A stretch of 56,576 bases of DNA, filler included, from Bipalium vagum (Eukaryota): assembly GCA_037834085.1 (NCBI GenBank). It is 3 parts of 3 records of this genome, joined end to end, with 100 filler letters (N's around TTAATTAATTAA, not from the genome) between each part and the next. Parts side by side here need not be neighbours in the genome. Positions count along the whole stretch, not along the records: positions 16,130 to 39,831 come from JBBMKC010206931.1; positions 39,932 to 56,576 come from JBBMKC010100452.1; 1 more part is not named here. One strand, 5' to 3'. The position numbers and the translations under genes were made by a program. A model generated the notes under the pieces. The model did no database searches and had not been told where the DNA came from. It saw nothing but the letters and a program-made list of their open reading frames with translations. Position 1 is the first letter of the stretch; every line of letters starts with the position of its first letter. Positions 26,801 through 39,971 of the stretch are shown here, in pieces.

Positions 26801-27259
26801 ATGAACAATACTGAAGAACAATGGTCAGGGTTCGGAAAGAAATTCCCTATCAGTAAATGATGTTATATATCGCTTATTCATAAATGGTAATTAAATTAAG
26901 CAAAAGATCGTTACCGTTCTGAAGAACCTCACTGAGGTCATAGAACGAAAGCCATGGATAGAGATTTTATATTTTTACCGAAAGAAGTCCGTTTTGAATC
27001 TTCATTTAACGATTCATTCGAAATAAAACATAATGGAAAACATTTTATAAAAATGAATGATAATGGTCAATTCTCCAATCAGTGTACAAGAAATAAAATT
27101 AGACTGCCTATAAACTTAGAGAATGTTCAATACTCCAATAATCTTTTCAATGTTGGTTAATTACATGCAGGTAAAAGTATTCAAGGCAATCAATGTATTG
27201 AAAAAGTCTTCTTCAATGTCCACTCAAGTCCCCCTGTTAATTTTATAACAGCGGTATAA
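26801..27259 (+). pseudogene. spliced decayed gene antisense within the EGF-gene intron
   Basis: ATG at 26801, 48-nt gtaaat..taag intron (26853-26900), then one frame of ~119 codons broken only by TGA (26933) and TAA (27158). Confidence 0.4.
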
Positions 27260-28404
27260 ATTATTTCTCTTAAAATGGTTAAAGTGAAAATTGATAAAAC
27301 ATCTCATTATAATAATACTGTTTTAAATACATACATGTTTTTAATTTGTCAGGAAAAATCAATAAAATATTTTATTTTGGAATTTTCATATAAATATAAA
27401 TAAATGTATACATGTTACGAACTCAGATTATTTTATTATCCTATTGCATTAATTGGATGAAAACATTAATATAAGAAGACCTAGTTGAAAAAGAAAAATA
27501 ATTTTTCAGGGCACAAGCCCCCAAAAGAACATTGATAAAAATAATCCTCAAAGCTGAATAGTTTAAATTACGAATCGATTAAACATCAACGATACTTTCC
27601 ATATTTGAAACCCAATGACTTTTAACCCTTCAGAAAATAATAAAAAATTCTTCCTTTCAGGTTTCTGTATCAAATGAAGAAGCTGTAATTTAGATCTGGA
27701 ATTGAATTAATGTAGAAGCAATGGAGTAAGTGTATTGCATTATCAGGAAATTATTTTGATTAATAAATGTGTTTCTGATGCATTTAATATTTTTTCATTT
27801 CTAGACTAAAGACTTTTCACGCAACCAATAGGCCAATAATAACTCAACCGAGGCTTGTCCTTCGGAGATTGTCATAAATATTTTAAAATTTTAATTTAGA
27901 TGCACATTAAAATAATTAAGTTAAGCCAATTTCAGTTCACTTAATAAAGATTTTTAACGTTGGCACTTTTATTTTTGTTTGAAAAATTATTGAAATTTAT
28001 TAAAAAGTGAAAATCTTTTTTGTCATCTAATCTATTGTAAAATATAGAAAATGAATTAAAGAAAAATACATTCTCTATTATGCCAAGTATTTCAAAAATT
28101 CTCACAGTGTTTCGTTTGTTCTTCTAAAGTATAGAAAGTCTGAATTGAACTTTCGTACTAGGGGAAGTAAATGTGGACAAGTATGAGCTGAAATATTGTT
28201 CCCATTTCATACCTTTTATAAATTTTAATGTTGAATGGGAAAATAAGCTTCACTTGTCATAAAAATGTCACTGTTGAGATTCATTTGATTGTTTTTGTTA
28301 TATGTCTTTAATTATTGAAATGTAATGTAGGCTTTTAAGGATATATTTTCAACTATTGGATTATTTTGTTGTTTTTAGGATACTATACACAAAGAGATGT
28401 TATA

Positions 28405-29247
28405 TACAGTAGAGGCGGAATTAATCAGGACACCATAATTTTTGTATCATCTTGTTACATTTACAAATACAATCAACATTATTCACAAAAAAGCAAATAA
28501 ATGTGTAATAATGTTTTTGATATTGTTAATAAGAACTCATTAAAGCTTTGATTAGATAGGGCATACTATAGATCAACTTTTTACAAAAATCACCAATTTC
28601 AGGATTTATTTCCAAGCTTTGAGTAAAAATGTTATTAATTCGTATTTTGTTGTAGGACTGAGATTACAGACCTTTTTATTTAGAACGAAAAACATATTCT
28701 TGATGGGATTCATGTCAAGCGATAATGCAGCTCAAGGTAAAAGAGTATTTTTTATTTTCATTAAGACATTTAATTGTAATTTTTGCAGTATAACAGGGTG
28801 CACCATCTTGTTGATAGATACACTATACAAATATTTATCTTGATCAATTAACTGACAGTTTATTATATTTTCGCAATACTGAGCTGCATTTATTGTACTT
28901 TCTACTACATATATGCACACAGGACCATACCACTTAATTCGTCGAATGTATCACGAAACAATTTATGGTTGACAAAGGCATTTTTAACTGATGTTGAATA
29001 TCCCTCAATGATAAGCCAGCATCTAACAAAGCTTTCACTTCAACAAGTTTTTCTAAGGTATTTTCCATTTTCACAGAGATTCAAGACTATTAGCTATAAA
29101 ATTTGAAAATTTATTTTAATTATCGATTTTTTAAAATACAATTATTTAAACCAAACAACAAATAAATACAAATATTGAAAAACCTAATAAAGAAATAATA
29201 AAAAATAATTTAATTATAGTGACCAGATTAATTCTGCCTCTACTGTA
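28405..29247 (-). mobile_element. internally deleted Tc1-like DNA transposon
   Basis: TIRs CAGTAGAGGCGGAATTAATCAGGAC / GACCAGATTAATTCTGCCTCTACTG with TA TSD; minus strand GPVCIYVVESTINAAQYC..LP*AALSLDMNPIKNMFFVLNKKV (cf. WPAQSPDLNPIENLW). Confidence 0.88.
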
Positions 29248-31520
29248 CATTCTGCCACTTGATTTATAAAATCCACTTATTAACGAGTCCTTAATTATTA
29301 TTTTGTTTTAATGAGTTAATTATTGTTCAGTTAATTATCATTAATAATTTCTCCTTTATTTTATCGCACAGGGCAAAATAAAAAATGTTTTAAGTTTCCA
29401 GAATTGATATTTCTCTTTCTTTACCATTTTCGGTTATTGAATTTAAAAAAATTTAACTGTTTTTTGTTTTTATTTTAATATCATTTTAAATTATATCATA
29501 GCAATGGAAATTTTATTTAATTTATTTTAACTTTCATTTTTCTAATATTCTTAGTTTTTTTCTTTTTATGATTTGTTAATTTTATGGTTTACTTGAGTTT
29601 CTTTTATTTTTTTTACAACCTCTTTTATCTTTACATATCATTTCTGATTCTGATATGAATAGAATCTATTCAGCCTAAACGAATATGAATATAAGTGCTG
29701 AACTCAAGAAATGAGAAGACATTTGAAAAATAACAAAACATCAAAAAAGAAAGTATAAAAAGAGAGGATTTTGTAATTTATTAACATACGACCTTGTTGT
29801 GATTTGAAAAGTGATCATTCTAAGCCCAACACGTTTCTTGAAGCGTGTATGAAAAAAAAGAGATTTGAGATATGTCGACAAATAAGTAAACAAAATCTCC
29901 AACCAACAGTGGAATTAATTTCATTTCTAAGATAAATTGTTTACGAGACCCACCTTTCATGTTTCTGTTTATTATAAAAATCCACGTTTTCTTTGATATC
30001 TTGTTTATTTTGTAATCTATGAAGCATCGGGTGAGAGAAGAAATATTTCTACTTATATTTTTATGAGAAATACTCAGAAAAAAATATAAAAGGAAAACCT
30101 TCAGGATATGGTAAGTTAAATAATCTCGATGAGATCATTCAGTCCTTCGTGAGAATCCAATTTTTATTAAAAATAACAACAGACAATTCTTCGTTTGTTT
30201 TATATTGAATTGTGAACCTTTCGGTTTGAAATGAACACTTAACGATTGTTCAATGAAAAATATTTTTTATATTATTTATATAAAGGTAATTCATATTATT
30301 ACGTGACTATTTTGTATTTGTATAAATAAGACGTTTACCGAGGAATTTGCATGAGAGGTCTTGATCACTTAAGGTACCTTTTCAATTATATTTCAGTTTA
30401 ACCAAAAATTTCAAAAGAACATTAAAAATTTCCAAAACCAAGCCAGATTCAATTTCCAACAGTTATCAGAACTAGGTCTCGGTTATTTACAGAACACAAT
30501 GGTTTTCCCATATTTCATTCTGTATAAAAACATGTCTCATTTAAATGAAAGTTTAGTCTATCGATTTTATTTACATAAACTTTATTTAACAGAATATCAA
30601 AGAAAATTATGAAGAAAACATTTATCATTATAATGTTGAGTGTGATAACATGTTATAAAACGTTGAAACTTTATTTTTCATAGTCTGTGTATATTTACGC
30701 TGTATAAAAAATATAAAAATAAATACCAAAAAATAAAAGTTTATTTTGTTTCAATATGTTTCAATTTTTTAATACATTTAAAATATCATATTGATAATTT
30801 AATAAAAGTAATAATAATACTAACAATAATAAGAAGAAGAATAAATATAATCATCATTATGAAAGAAATAATAAATATAATAACTATATTTAATAATATT
30901 TAAATTTGTTTACTTATCTTTAATAATAATAACATAATAATATTTTTCAATATTTTAATATACACATTACAATTATTTTTTAAAAAAAGTTACAAGAAAT
31001 CAAATAATTTTATAAATACCCAGGTTTCCTTTGAAATAGTTATTTTTGTTAGCAGCGATATCAACAAAATCAATGATTTGTCTTTTTAAAACAATAATAC
31101 TTAAACAAATTTTCCATTCTTAATAAATCAATATATTGTGCCATTAAATATCAAGATCCATGTCAATAAAAAATATTTTAAAATAAATATTAAAGTTAAT
31201 TAAAATTTAAATTAGGCACAATATAAAAATTTAATAATTAGAAATCAGTTTAAGTACTCACAATTTTAATTGCTAAATTGAAAACCAGTATAATAATAAT
31301 ATTTTTAAAATCAGTAATGTTCTTCAAAATTTCTGACTTAAATTGATTGTAAGTAAGAATAAAAAATATTAAATAAATAAATAAAACCAATTATAAATAA
31401 TTTAAAATTATTAATTAAAGCAGATTTTGAAAAAAACATCTTAATTATAAATTTCCTAATTATCTTTCTTACTGAATTTATGTTGCGCGAGTATGTGGAA
31501 ATAATAAAAATATTACTAAC

Positions 31521-31620
31521 CTAAAAATATAACACGCAATGCCTAGGAATAAGGACGCAATGATGCATACAAGAATGGTCTCAAAAATGGTAAACAATTG
31601 ATCGTTAACAGTTACATTAT
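31521..31620 (-). CDS. EGF-module single-pass membrane protein, transmembrane exon
   Basis: 100 nt between ttttcag and gttagt; (N)NVTVNDQLFTIFETILVCIIASLFLGIACYIF(R). Phase 1 start matches the previous exon and phase 2 end matches the next. Confidence 0.82.
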
Positions 31621-33584
31621 CTGAAAAGTAAAACGAAAAATAATTTATTTACAAAAACCTTTTTTCTATTCAAATTTTGAAAAGAATATGAATTTATAAA
31701 AATATAAAATATAAATCGTTCCCGGTACAAAAGCAATATTACAACACAAACGCTAAAACAAATACTTTTATAATAATATTAACCAGTAACAGAAAATATA
31801 AATAAAAAATCTTTAGAAGTTTAATCGTTGAATGCTTATCCTAACATGAAGTCCAATTTCGATTGGTGTCTTAACATTCTTTGAAAAGGATTTTGTAAAG
31901 AAAAATCGCGTTTATCCTAATGATAAACAATAAATAATTTACCATTAAATAATTGTCATGTATTTTCACAAATTAGAAATATCTCTTTAATTAACACTGG
32001 TTTGATTGCCTGCTATTTTTTCCTCTTTATGTAAACAAAATAAATCAAATTTAGCTTTAATTTCTAAATTTTTTCCGATATGAATTTTCTTAAAAAAAAA
32101 GAATCGCTTTTAAATGAATACTTTCGATTCCCCTAAAAATTCTTTACCAATAATATTTTTCAAAAAATATTTACTAAATAAAAACTCAATTACTTTTTAA
32201 AAAAGATTTTATTGTTACGTTCTTGTCAGAGTCCATAATTAATATTTTATAGAAAATCAAAGGAAAAAAAGAATTTTAGAAAAAGATGAAGAAATATAAA
32301 TATTTCAAACAAACAGTCTCTTAAAAAAATTAAATTTGTAATGGTAATAAATTCTAATTTTATATTGAAAAAGAATTACAATCTCTTTTAATATTATTTA
32401 TTTATTTTTATTACACAGAAGATATTTAATTCTTGAAATCAATTAAATTAATTTTTCCCAGTTGGTAAAAATATAAAAAATCAATATAATCCATAATCCT
32501 ATTTGATCAGTGATTTTATGGTCCAAATGGATTTTTTATTGTTATTTTGTATTAATAATATTCAATTTATTATATTATTTATTATCAACGCTCTCGATGG
32601 TTTGATAAGACAATCGTTCAATAATCAATAATTTGTCAAAGATTGATTAAAATGTGAAATTTCAACCAATCTCATAAATATAATAACATAAAATAATATT
32701 TTTTTCATCCATTTAACTATTTTATCATACCTATTTGGAAATATTGTTAAGAAATTGTTTAAATTTTAGAATATATATATTAATTTGTATAGAAAAGCTT
32801 ATTGCAATGTAGTTAATGAAATATTCTTCACATCTGCTTTATTAAATTTTGCTAGAAATATAAATTCGTCATAAAAAATATTCTTTCTTAAGCCTAGAAA
32901 AATATAATTTTTTAACATTAAAAAAATTCTGAAAGAAAATGATATTTAATAGAAGTTTTAGTAACAGAGAATAGCCGAAATTTTTATTAAATATAAAAAA
33001 TGAAATATATATATCTATGTTTTGTTTTAATAATGTAATTATTTGATAATTGCGTAATTAATTAATTTAAATCGTTACTTTATAAAAGAGCGTATAAAAT
33101 TTTTAAAAATATGTGAAATACTTTCTTTTAACTTAAAAAAATATCAAAATATTCGTAATATTTTCAGTTAGCAAAAAACACATCACAGACGCACAAGTCA
33201 AAACACTGTGAAAAGAGAAGTTGTGATTCAATCAAGATCGTACCGCATGTCACAAAGTCAAAGAAACAATAATTTTATTGCAGCTTAAGTGTGAGACCGA
33301 TTTCCATCACAATATCTTGATGCCAATCGACACCATCAAATTATTTTCTTGCACTTTAACCCTGGTTAACAGATTTTGAGAAGAAATCTAAACATCAAAT
33401 AGAAAGATGATTTTTGAACTGAATATTAACTTATAACAAGTGCTATTATTATTTTGTTATGTATAGATTTTTCTACAAGGCACTTTAAAATTGGAAAAGA
33501 CTATTTTATAGAGAAAGATTATTTTGGAAAAAATTACTTTAACTCGAGATAAATTATTCAAAATGTAAATAATATTAAATGAAA

Positions 33585-33765
33585 TACAGTGAAACCTGCT
33601 TAAATTGAACACCATAGTGTCCTTGCTGAAAAGTTCGAATTAGAGAGGTGTTCAGATAATCAAAGTGTTCAAGTTTAACGTATATTTACAGTGTACGGAA
33701 TTAAATGTTCAAATAAAGGAGTTGTTCAGCTAACAAAGGTGTTCATTTATGCAGGTTTCACTGTA
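33585..33765. mobile_element. pogo/Tigger-type MITE
   Basis: TA-CAGTGAAACCTGCTTAAATTGAACACC ... GGTGTTCATTTATGCAGGTTTCACTG-TA; 177 bp; internal repeated TGTTCA motifs. Confidence 0.9.
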
Positions 33766-35575
33766 TTATATTATTATATTATAATTTGAAAATGGAGAAA
33801 AATTTTAATTTTCGCTATTTTTATTTAATTTCCTTTTAATTTTGCTTAATAAAGCAATTTAGGTATTTTCAGGGTGGAAAATATATGAAGGGATTTTTAT
33901 AAAAAATTATTTTTATATTTAAGATAAGTAAGCCTGAAATTTAGTACGTTTACTAACAAACACATGACACAATGTAACTAGTTATGCTAAATATCAACAG
34001 CCACTCCCCTTAAACCAATAATATGGCTATTGACGAAAGACTTTGACTAGTACTTCATTTTTGGTATACTAAAATTCTCCTTGTAATTAGATCCAAAAAA
34101 TATTTAGGTTCTTACATATAACATTCAGAGTCGGATGGATAAGAACATTGTTTAATCGAATTTGACTGTCCCCAAAACCATTTAACTTTTCAATACTGAT
34201 TTGCCAACAGGTGGGAAGAATTACATATTTGAATAAAAACTGTGTCAAAAGTGTATCTTTCTCGGAAAAATTGTCAGAGTTGATTATGCAACCAATTTTG
34301 TACTTTTCACATCTTTTGTGGTTCTTTAAAAATCGATTGGCTTAGTCGTCTATCTTTACCCTTCATTTGTCGATGAGACAATTAAAATTTTAGTTTGAGA
34401 ACAGCAAGAATTATCTTTATTATTGATTATAATGAAACCTTTTCACTTTGACTATTTGGATTGTCTTTTGCGAATAAACAAATGTAACTCAAACCGCTTC
34501 TTATCAATATACACATGTTTTTATGGGACAGACGTATTAAATTAATAAAATTCTGTCATCTATATATTAGACTGGTCCTTCTATATTTGATCTATCCTTT
34601 CATTCTTATAAGCTATAATATTATTATATTACTTTTCAGTTATGATTCTGTACATTTAATAATCAAGAAGAAACATCCGGACTGATGCCATCCAAGAACT
34701 TAAGCTGTTTCTAGTGAAAACATTTGAAGGCAATAATATTAAGAGCAGTCAATTACAAAGTAGACGAAAAACAGTCGAGTCGGTCACAAAAAATCAATGT
34801 GAAAAATTGGCAATAATAGAGTGAACTCTCAATATGAACAAGCGGACTACTTTCAAGATTTTATTAAACATGATCCATTCTTCACAATGTTGTTCAATGT
34901 TTACCTTATCTTTCTTTGCCCCATGTGACTGTTCAATTCCTAAACTATTTTCATATTGGAATAATTCAAGCCTCCCAAGAAGCAATTGGAATCTCATCTC
35001 AAATTCTTTAACGTATAAATTTCTGTAATATTGAGTTGAAATCACAGAACGATATTTGAAAGAAAATATTAATGTTTTTAAAGTAAGATTTGTTTTAATT
35101 TGTTTCTTAGCAACAGCGCGGAAACTTATCGCATTATGTATTACAATAATTATAATAATGTATTTTATCATTAAAGATTTAACAAATAATTTCATTATTA
35201 AATAAATTATGTATTAAATTTTAAAGATTTAATGTAAGAGATAAAAAGTAATTTAAACAAACTTCGTAATTTTACATTGATTATTTCTTCCAATATTGAT
35301 TTAGGGTTGCAAGAATAAATAAAAGTGTAAATTCCTATAATTAATCTTAATAGTTTCTTTAGGCCTCAAGAAACACGATAAATTCTCCATTTATCGAATG
35401 GTTGGACATTCACTGAAACATGTGAAAAAGTAATTCGGTGGAGCTCCAAAATGTAATAATCTTGGTTGCTAGAGAGAAATATATATAGGACATTTATAGA
35501 TTTTTTAAAGAAGCATAATTCAGAAAATATGGGAATTTAGAATTATGGGAAAAGGTGAAAAGATGAACCAAAATA

Positions 35576-36010
35576 TACCGAGTTTCTCAAAAAACTACAT
35601 GCTCTGTATAAAGTAAGTATTCGATTTCACAATGTGATACGGTAAAATATATTAAACATGAGACTGAAAATGTTTGACACGGTAATGTTTTTTAATTAAA
35701 ATATAATATTTTTTCTACTGAATAATCATTAACTTTAATACACTTATGTGAGGGATTACAGAAGTCATTCATAACATTTTGATACATTTCTGGTGATATT
35801 AAAGCTGCCTTCGTTCGAATAATATCTTTCAGGCTTTGGATATCTTTTTGTTTTCTACTATATACACGTGCTTCAGACATCCACAAAGGAAGAAATCAAA
35901 CATTACTAAATCCGGTGATCTTGGAGCTAATTGCAACGATTCATCCCTGCCAATAAAGCTTCCAGGAAAAGAGCTGTTTAAAAAATTTCTAAAGCTTTTC
36001 TCTATTGACT
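35576..36010 (-). mobile_element. DD41D/rosa-like (Tc1/mariner superfamily) transposase 3' relic
   Basis: FPGSFIGRD..LAPRSPDLVMFDFFLCGCLKHVY..IQSLKDIIR..ISPEMYQNVMNDF..KCIKVN (cf. WPPRSPDLTPLDFFLWGYLK). Confidence 0.82.
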
Positions 36011-36730
36011 ATTACTCTCAAATCTCAAATCATAGACAGGCTTCACTGGTCAGACTAAAAAGGAAGAAAGAAAGTTGAAGCCAGAAACAGATGATCTTAT
36101 ATTCCTTTTGCAGTCATATATTTACACAATTTTTCAAAAGCATAATAAATACCTTTTACCATGATAAATTTTATTAATTATATTTAATGTGTTACATGAT
36201 TACTGTTCACATCAAAATATTGAAAATAATAAAAAACGAAACAGACAATATATCTTATTAATTTATTATAAAATACACGCAAGTCATTAAAATGCATAAT
36301 ATCAAGCATTAATGACTGAATTAAAACTGATATAAAGTTCGAAACATGTATCATAGTAATAAATGTATTGTCAAATTTTGTCAATTGATAAAAAGATTTT
36401 ATTTGAAAAATAAAGTTATCGATTTTTAATTTTTTAATTAATCAATAATATTTTTGTTTAATAATTTTTATTTCAAATCAATAATTTTATATAAAAGAAA
36501 TATAATAATAATGTTCATTAATCAGTTTTAATATTAAAAGATAATTAAATATTATAAACTGACACTCCTGAATTAAATTAATTCAAAATTAGAATTTTTT
36601 GAAAAAATATATATTATATTATGTTATTATTATATCATTTACAATGCCTTGTAGAATTCATTTCATTACGGAAAACCTAATAAAATTCAGAAATTTTATT
36701 GACGTGAAATAAAAATATATTTGAAATTAC

Positions 36731-36840
36731 TTTTCGTATTACAGTTCGTTGCCTTCTCCTCAAATGCCGAAGAATTTCTTTTATTTCCAATTACCAAGAC
36801 ATTATTCTCACACATATTACCATTGTAGGGAAATGGGCAT
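36731..36840 (-). CDS. EGF-module single-pass membrane protein, EGF exon B (Cys5-Cys6 and stalk)
   Basis: 110 nt, CPFPYNGNMCENNVLVIGNKRNSSAFEEKATNCNTK; completes C-x4-C-x4-C-x10-C-x-C-x8-C; phase-1 gtaatt donor. Confidence 0.88.
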
Positions 36841-36888
36841 CTGTTGAAAATATGGGAATTGAGCAAAAGATATTTATCAATATTATAC

Positions 36889-36961
36889 TTGCACTCATAA
36901 CCTGTACCATTGCCTTTTTCTAAGCAGGCCCCGATTTTGCACGGATTGGTATCACAAGGAG
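36889..36961 (-). CDS. EGF-module single-pass membrane protein, EGF exon A (Cys1-Cys4)
   Basis: 73 nt, (S)PCDTNPCKIGACLEKGNGTGYEC(K); tttag acceptor, gtata donor; 48-nt intron 36841-36888. Confidence 0.88.
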
Positions 36962-37010
36962 CTAAATTAATTAAATAAATATTATATTTTCCTTTTACAC
37001 AATCAGCTAC

Positions 37011-37085
37011 ATTTGGGAACGGCTTGTGATTTGGAATTGCTGGGAATTTTAGAATATTTCGTTGTCACATTGATTTTCGGGAAAA
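37011..37085 (-). CDS. EGF-module single-pass membrane protein, pre-EGF exon
   Basis: ttttcag acceptor; 75 nt reading FPKINVTTKYSKIPSNSKSQAVPK. Joins the EGF exon in frame (phase 1) across a 49-nt GT-AG intron (36962-37010); the donor gtagct is weak. Confidence 0.6.
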
Positions 37086-38066
37086 CTGAAAATGAAACGA
37101 ATCCATATTATGATAATATAATTATCTTTAGTATAAGACGGCAAAAATTTCCCAAATTCTCATTAAAACAATTACGGGATAAGGTTAAAGATGAATTTTC
37201 TAATTTACGCTAATCTCATTTTCATTAAAGAGGGAGACGCGGAAATTTATTTATCAAACCAATTCTGATCTAGATTGAGTGATCTGACAAAAAATAGTAA
37301 ATTACACAGAAAGAAATCTGAGAAAGGTTATCTTACACTCTTCTTCTCCTGTTGATATATATTTTCATTATATTTATATAAAGTAAAATTCAGTCAAGAT
37401 GGATAAGAAAGGAAGTTAAATAATACATTTACTAAGATTTGGTCGCTTTTCACTGGACATGCGAAGGTAAGGAAACATTGGAGTTTTATTGTCATCTTTT
37501 AGAGTACAATCATATAAAATGACAATATAATCATCATATAATTATCAAAATATTATCCCTCGTGATACTTGGGAGGAAGACTGGCCAATATATTATAATT
37601 TTATCGGTTATTATTTACACTATTTATTGTATTGGTAATAAATGTCAAAATAAATCTAAACTCAGACTTTTGTTATTATAATTATCATTTTATAATAAAA
37701 AATGAGCCTATTGTTTGCGTAGATTATTTTTATTTAACGTAATGGATAATCTCAATATCACAGTTTATATTGGTGGAGATAATAGATAATTTTTAGAAAA
37801 CAATGTTTAGAATCACATGTCTGCATTGAACGACCTAAACTTTACTTCATAAAATGAATAATGGGTTTAGGATAAAAGGAAAAGAAATTGTTAACATAGA
37901 AATATTTTACATTACGAATTTCCAATTCCCCCATTCTTGTCAAAATTATATTGATATTATTAAGGGTTGTTGAAAAATGATTTTGGAAGATATCGAAAGA
38001 AAAACTTCACATTTTGAAGAGAAAATAATATAAATGATTGATTAGGTTGTAATTATTAAAAAAAAA

Positions 38067-38935
38067 TATTAGGGTGTCGCAAAAAAAATTCGTTTTTGAG
38101 ATTTTAATGTTGTGATGAAATTATTGTAATTTAATAAATCCAAGAAATCCATTTATACATCGAACGCAAATAGATTTTTCTGCAGTAGTTAAACTAACTA
38201 CAACTCATAAAAATATATTTAAATTTGCAAGGTGAAATTGGAATTTTAAAAATGCATTCAAAATATGATTTTCAAGGGCTTTTGCACCATTGTTGGAAGA
38301 AAGGTGTAGTAACTACAGAGGCGGTTCAAATGATTAACGCTGCGGAAGAAGGGAATGGTGTCACTAATCGTACTGCTCAAAATTGGTTTTAAACGTTTTC
38401 CAATGTAGACACCAATCTGTTAAGGAAAGAAGGTTCCGGAAGACCACTCATACTGAATTTAGAAGCTCTGATTGAGCTGATGAAAAGAAACTAAGAACCA
38501 GTACCCGGAAATTAGGACAAGCACAATTAGGGCCTTCAAAACCCACCACATGCAGTCATTTACATTTTCATGGATAGGTAAATAGACAATGCCGAGAAAT
38601 ACCTCAAGATTTAAATGCGGAAAATGCTCTACGACGTGTGGATATCTGCAAAGAACTTTAGAAAAATCCATCTGATAATCACTTCATTAAAAGAATCTTC
38701 ATAAGCGATGAGAAGTTGATTTATTTTACAAATCCAGACACTTCAAATCAGTGGCTAGAAATTGGACAACCAGCATTTCCTCTTGTTAAACAGCAATGAT
38801 TTTAAAAAAAGGTCATGTTGTGCGTATGTAATCCACTTAGAATTCCTCACAACTCCATCGTATATATGAAAAACTAAAGGAAAAATACCCTTCTTTGGTA
38901 AATCGCAAAAAAGTCCTTCTTTAGCATGATAATTT
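38067..38935 (+). mobile_element. degenerate mariner
   Basis: Left end TATTAGGGTGTCGCAAAA; NRTAQNWF..EGSGRP..EIPQDLNAENALRRVDICKEL..IKRIFISDEKLIYF..KKVMLCV. Confidence 0.88.
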
Positions 38936-39110
38936 GATTTCTTTTTATTAAAAAAAGGAAATTTTAATATATCATAGACTTTGTTTAATTATTTTTATAT
39001 GATTTTATCAAACAGAAAAGAAAATATGTACAGTGAATATTATGTCCGATTGTATTTATCAGTGGTCTTCAAAATCTAAATACAATGATCTTCTGTTTAA
39101 GACTCAGATC

Positions 39111-39237
39111 ACAAAGGGAGATCATGGATGATTGTCAGTGATTTTGAGAACCCAATGCAGAACAACATTAGAGAAAAATAATTGAAGCATCTGTGACACA
39201 ACTTGGATTTATCTCTCGTTAAATATATTTGGTACAT
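39111..39237 (-). CDS. possible signal-peptide-encoding first exon of the EGF gene (unlinked)
   Basis: MYQIYLTRDKSKLCHRCFNYFSLMLFCIGFSKSLTIIHDLP has a hydrophobic stretch and lies upstream on the same strand and contig. I could not build an in-frame splice path to 37085. Confidence 0.25.
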
Positions 39238-39399
39238 TATAATTTCCCAGAAAATAACATTAACTAATGCATTTCTGTTTCCAATCTTACTAATGAAATG
39301 ATACAAGAATTATTTATGTAAAATTACATAATAAACTCAAAAAATTAAAAAAAACATTTTTGCTTTTGGAAAGGCATAAATTTTTCCGCTTAACAATAA

Positions 39400-39660
39400 T
39401 CTATCAATGATGTTAAATATGGTGGTGAACTGGATGAAGTGAACGAAACATCGACGAAAATGTGTGAGCAAGAGTGAGTATTATACCATCAAGATAACGC
39501 TAGACTTTAAGTATCATGAATTTAATCAAAAATCTGGAATTTTGATATTATGTTCTACATTACTTTTCTTATCCTGCATCTTCAGCTTACCGCCTTTTAC
39601 GTTAAATGGAAAGATTTTTAACCTTGAAAAGATATCAAAAATTCCAGGATAAACTATTTC
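39400..39660 (+). mobile_element. mariner fragment
   Basis: VLYHQDNARL motif at ~39478-39507. Confidence 0.5.
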
Positions 39661-39761
39661 AGTTGGTACCCTTCAGATTATTGAAGGGAAATTGTATACT
39701 GTTTTTATATTATTTTAAAACTTTTTTTGTGTGGATTAAAAGATTTTAAAGTTTATTCTTA

Positions 39762-39831
<70 letters not shown>

Positions 39832-39931
39832 NNNNNNNNNNNNNNNNNNNNNNNNNNNNNNNNNNNNNNNNNNNNTTAATTAATTAANNNNNNNNNNNNN
39901 NNNNNNNNNNNNNNNNNNNNNNNNNNNNNNN

Positions 39932-39971
<40 letters not shown>
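39762..39971. repeat. (ATT)n microsatellite left of the spacer and (AAT)n right of it
   Basis: Directly visible trinucleotide runs. Confidence 0.95.
39832..39931. other. assembly spacer (44 N + TTAATTAATTAA + 44 N)
   Basis: Same construction as 16030-16129. Confidence 0.98.

Noticed and set aside
33585-33765. Short spaced TGTTCA repeats resembling a CRISPR-like array
   Set aside because: The repeats are only 6-7 nt and degenerate, and lie inside a TIR-bounded MITE in a eukaryotic genome.
34794-35195. 133-aa ORF
   Set aside because: No convincing motif beyond a faint mariner-like stretch; the N-terminal half is low-complexity AT-rich sequence.
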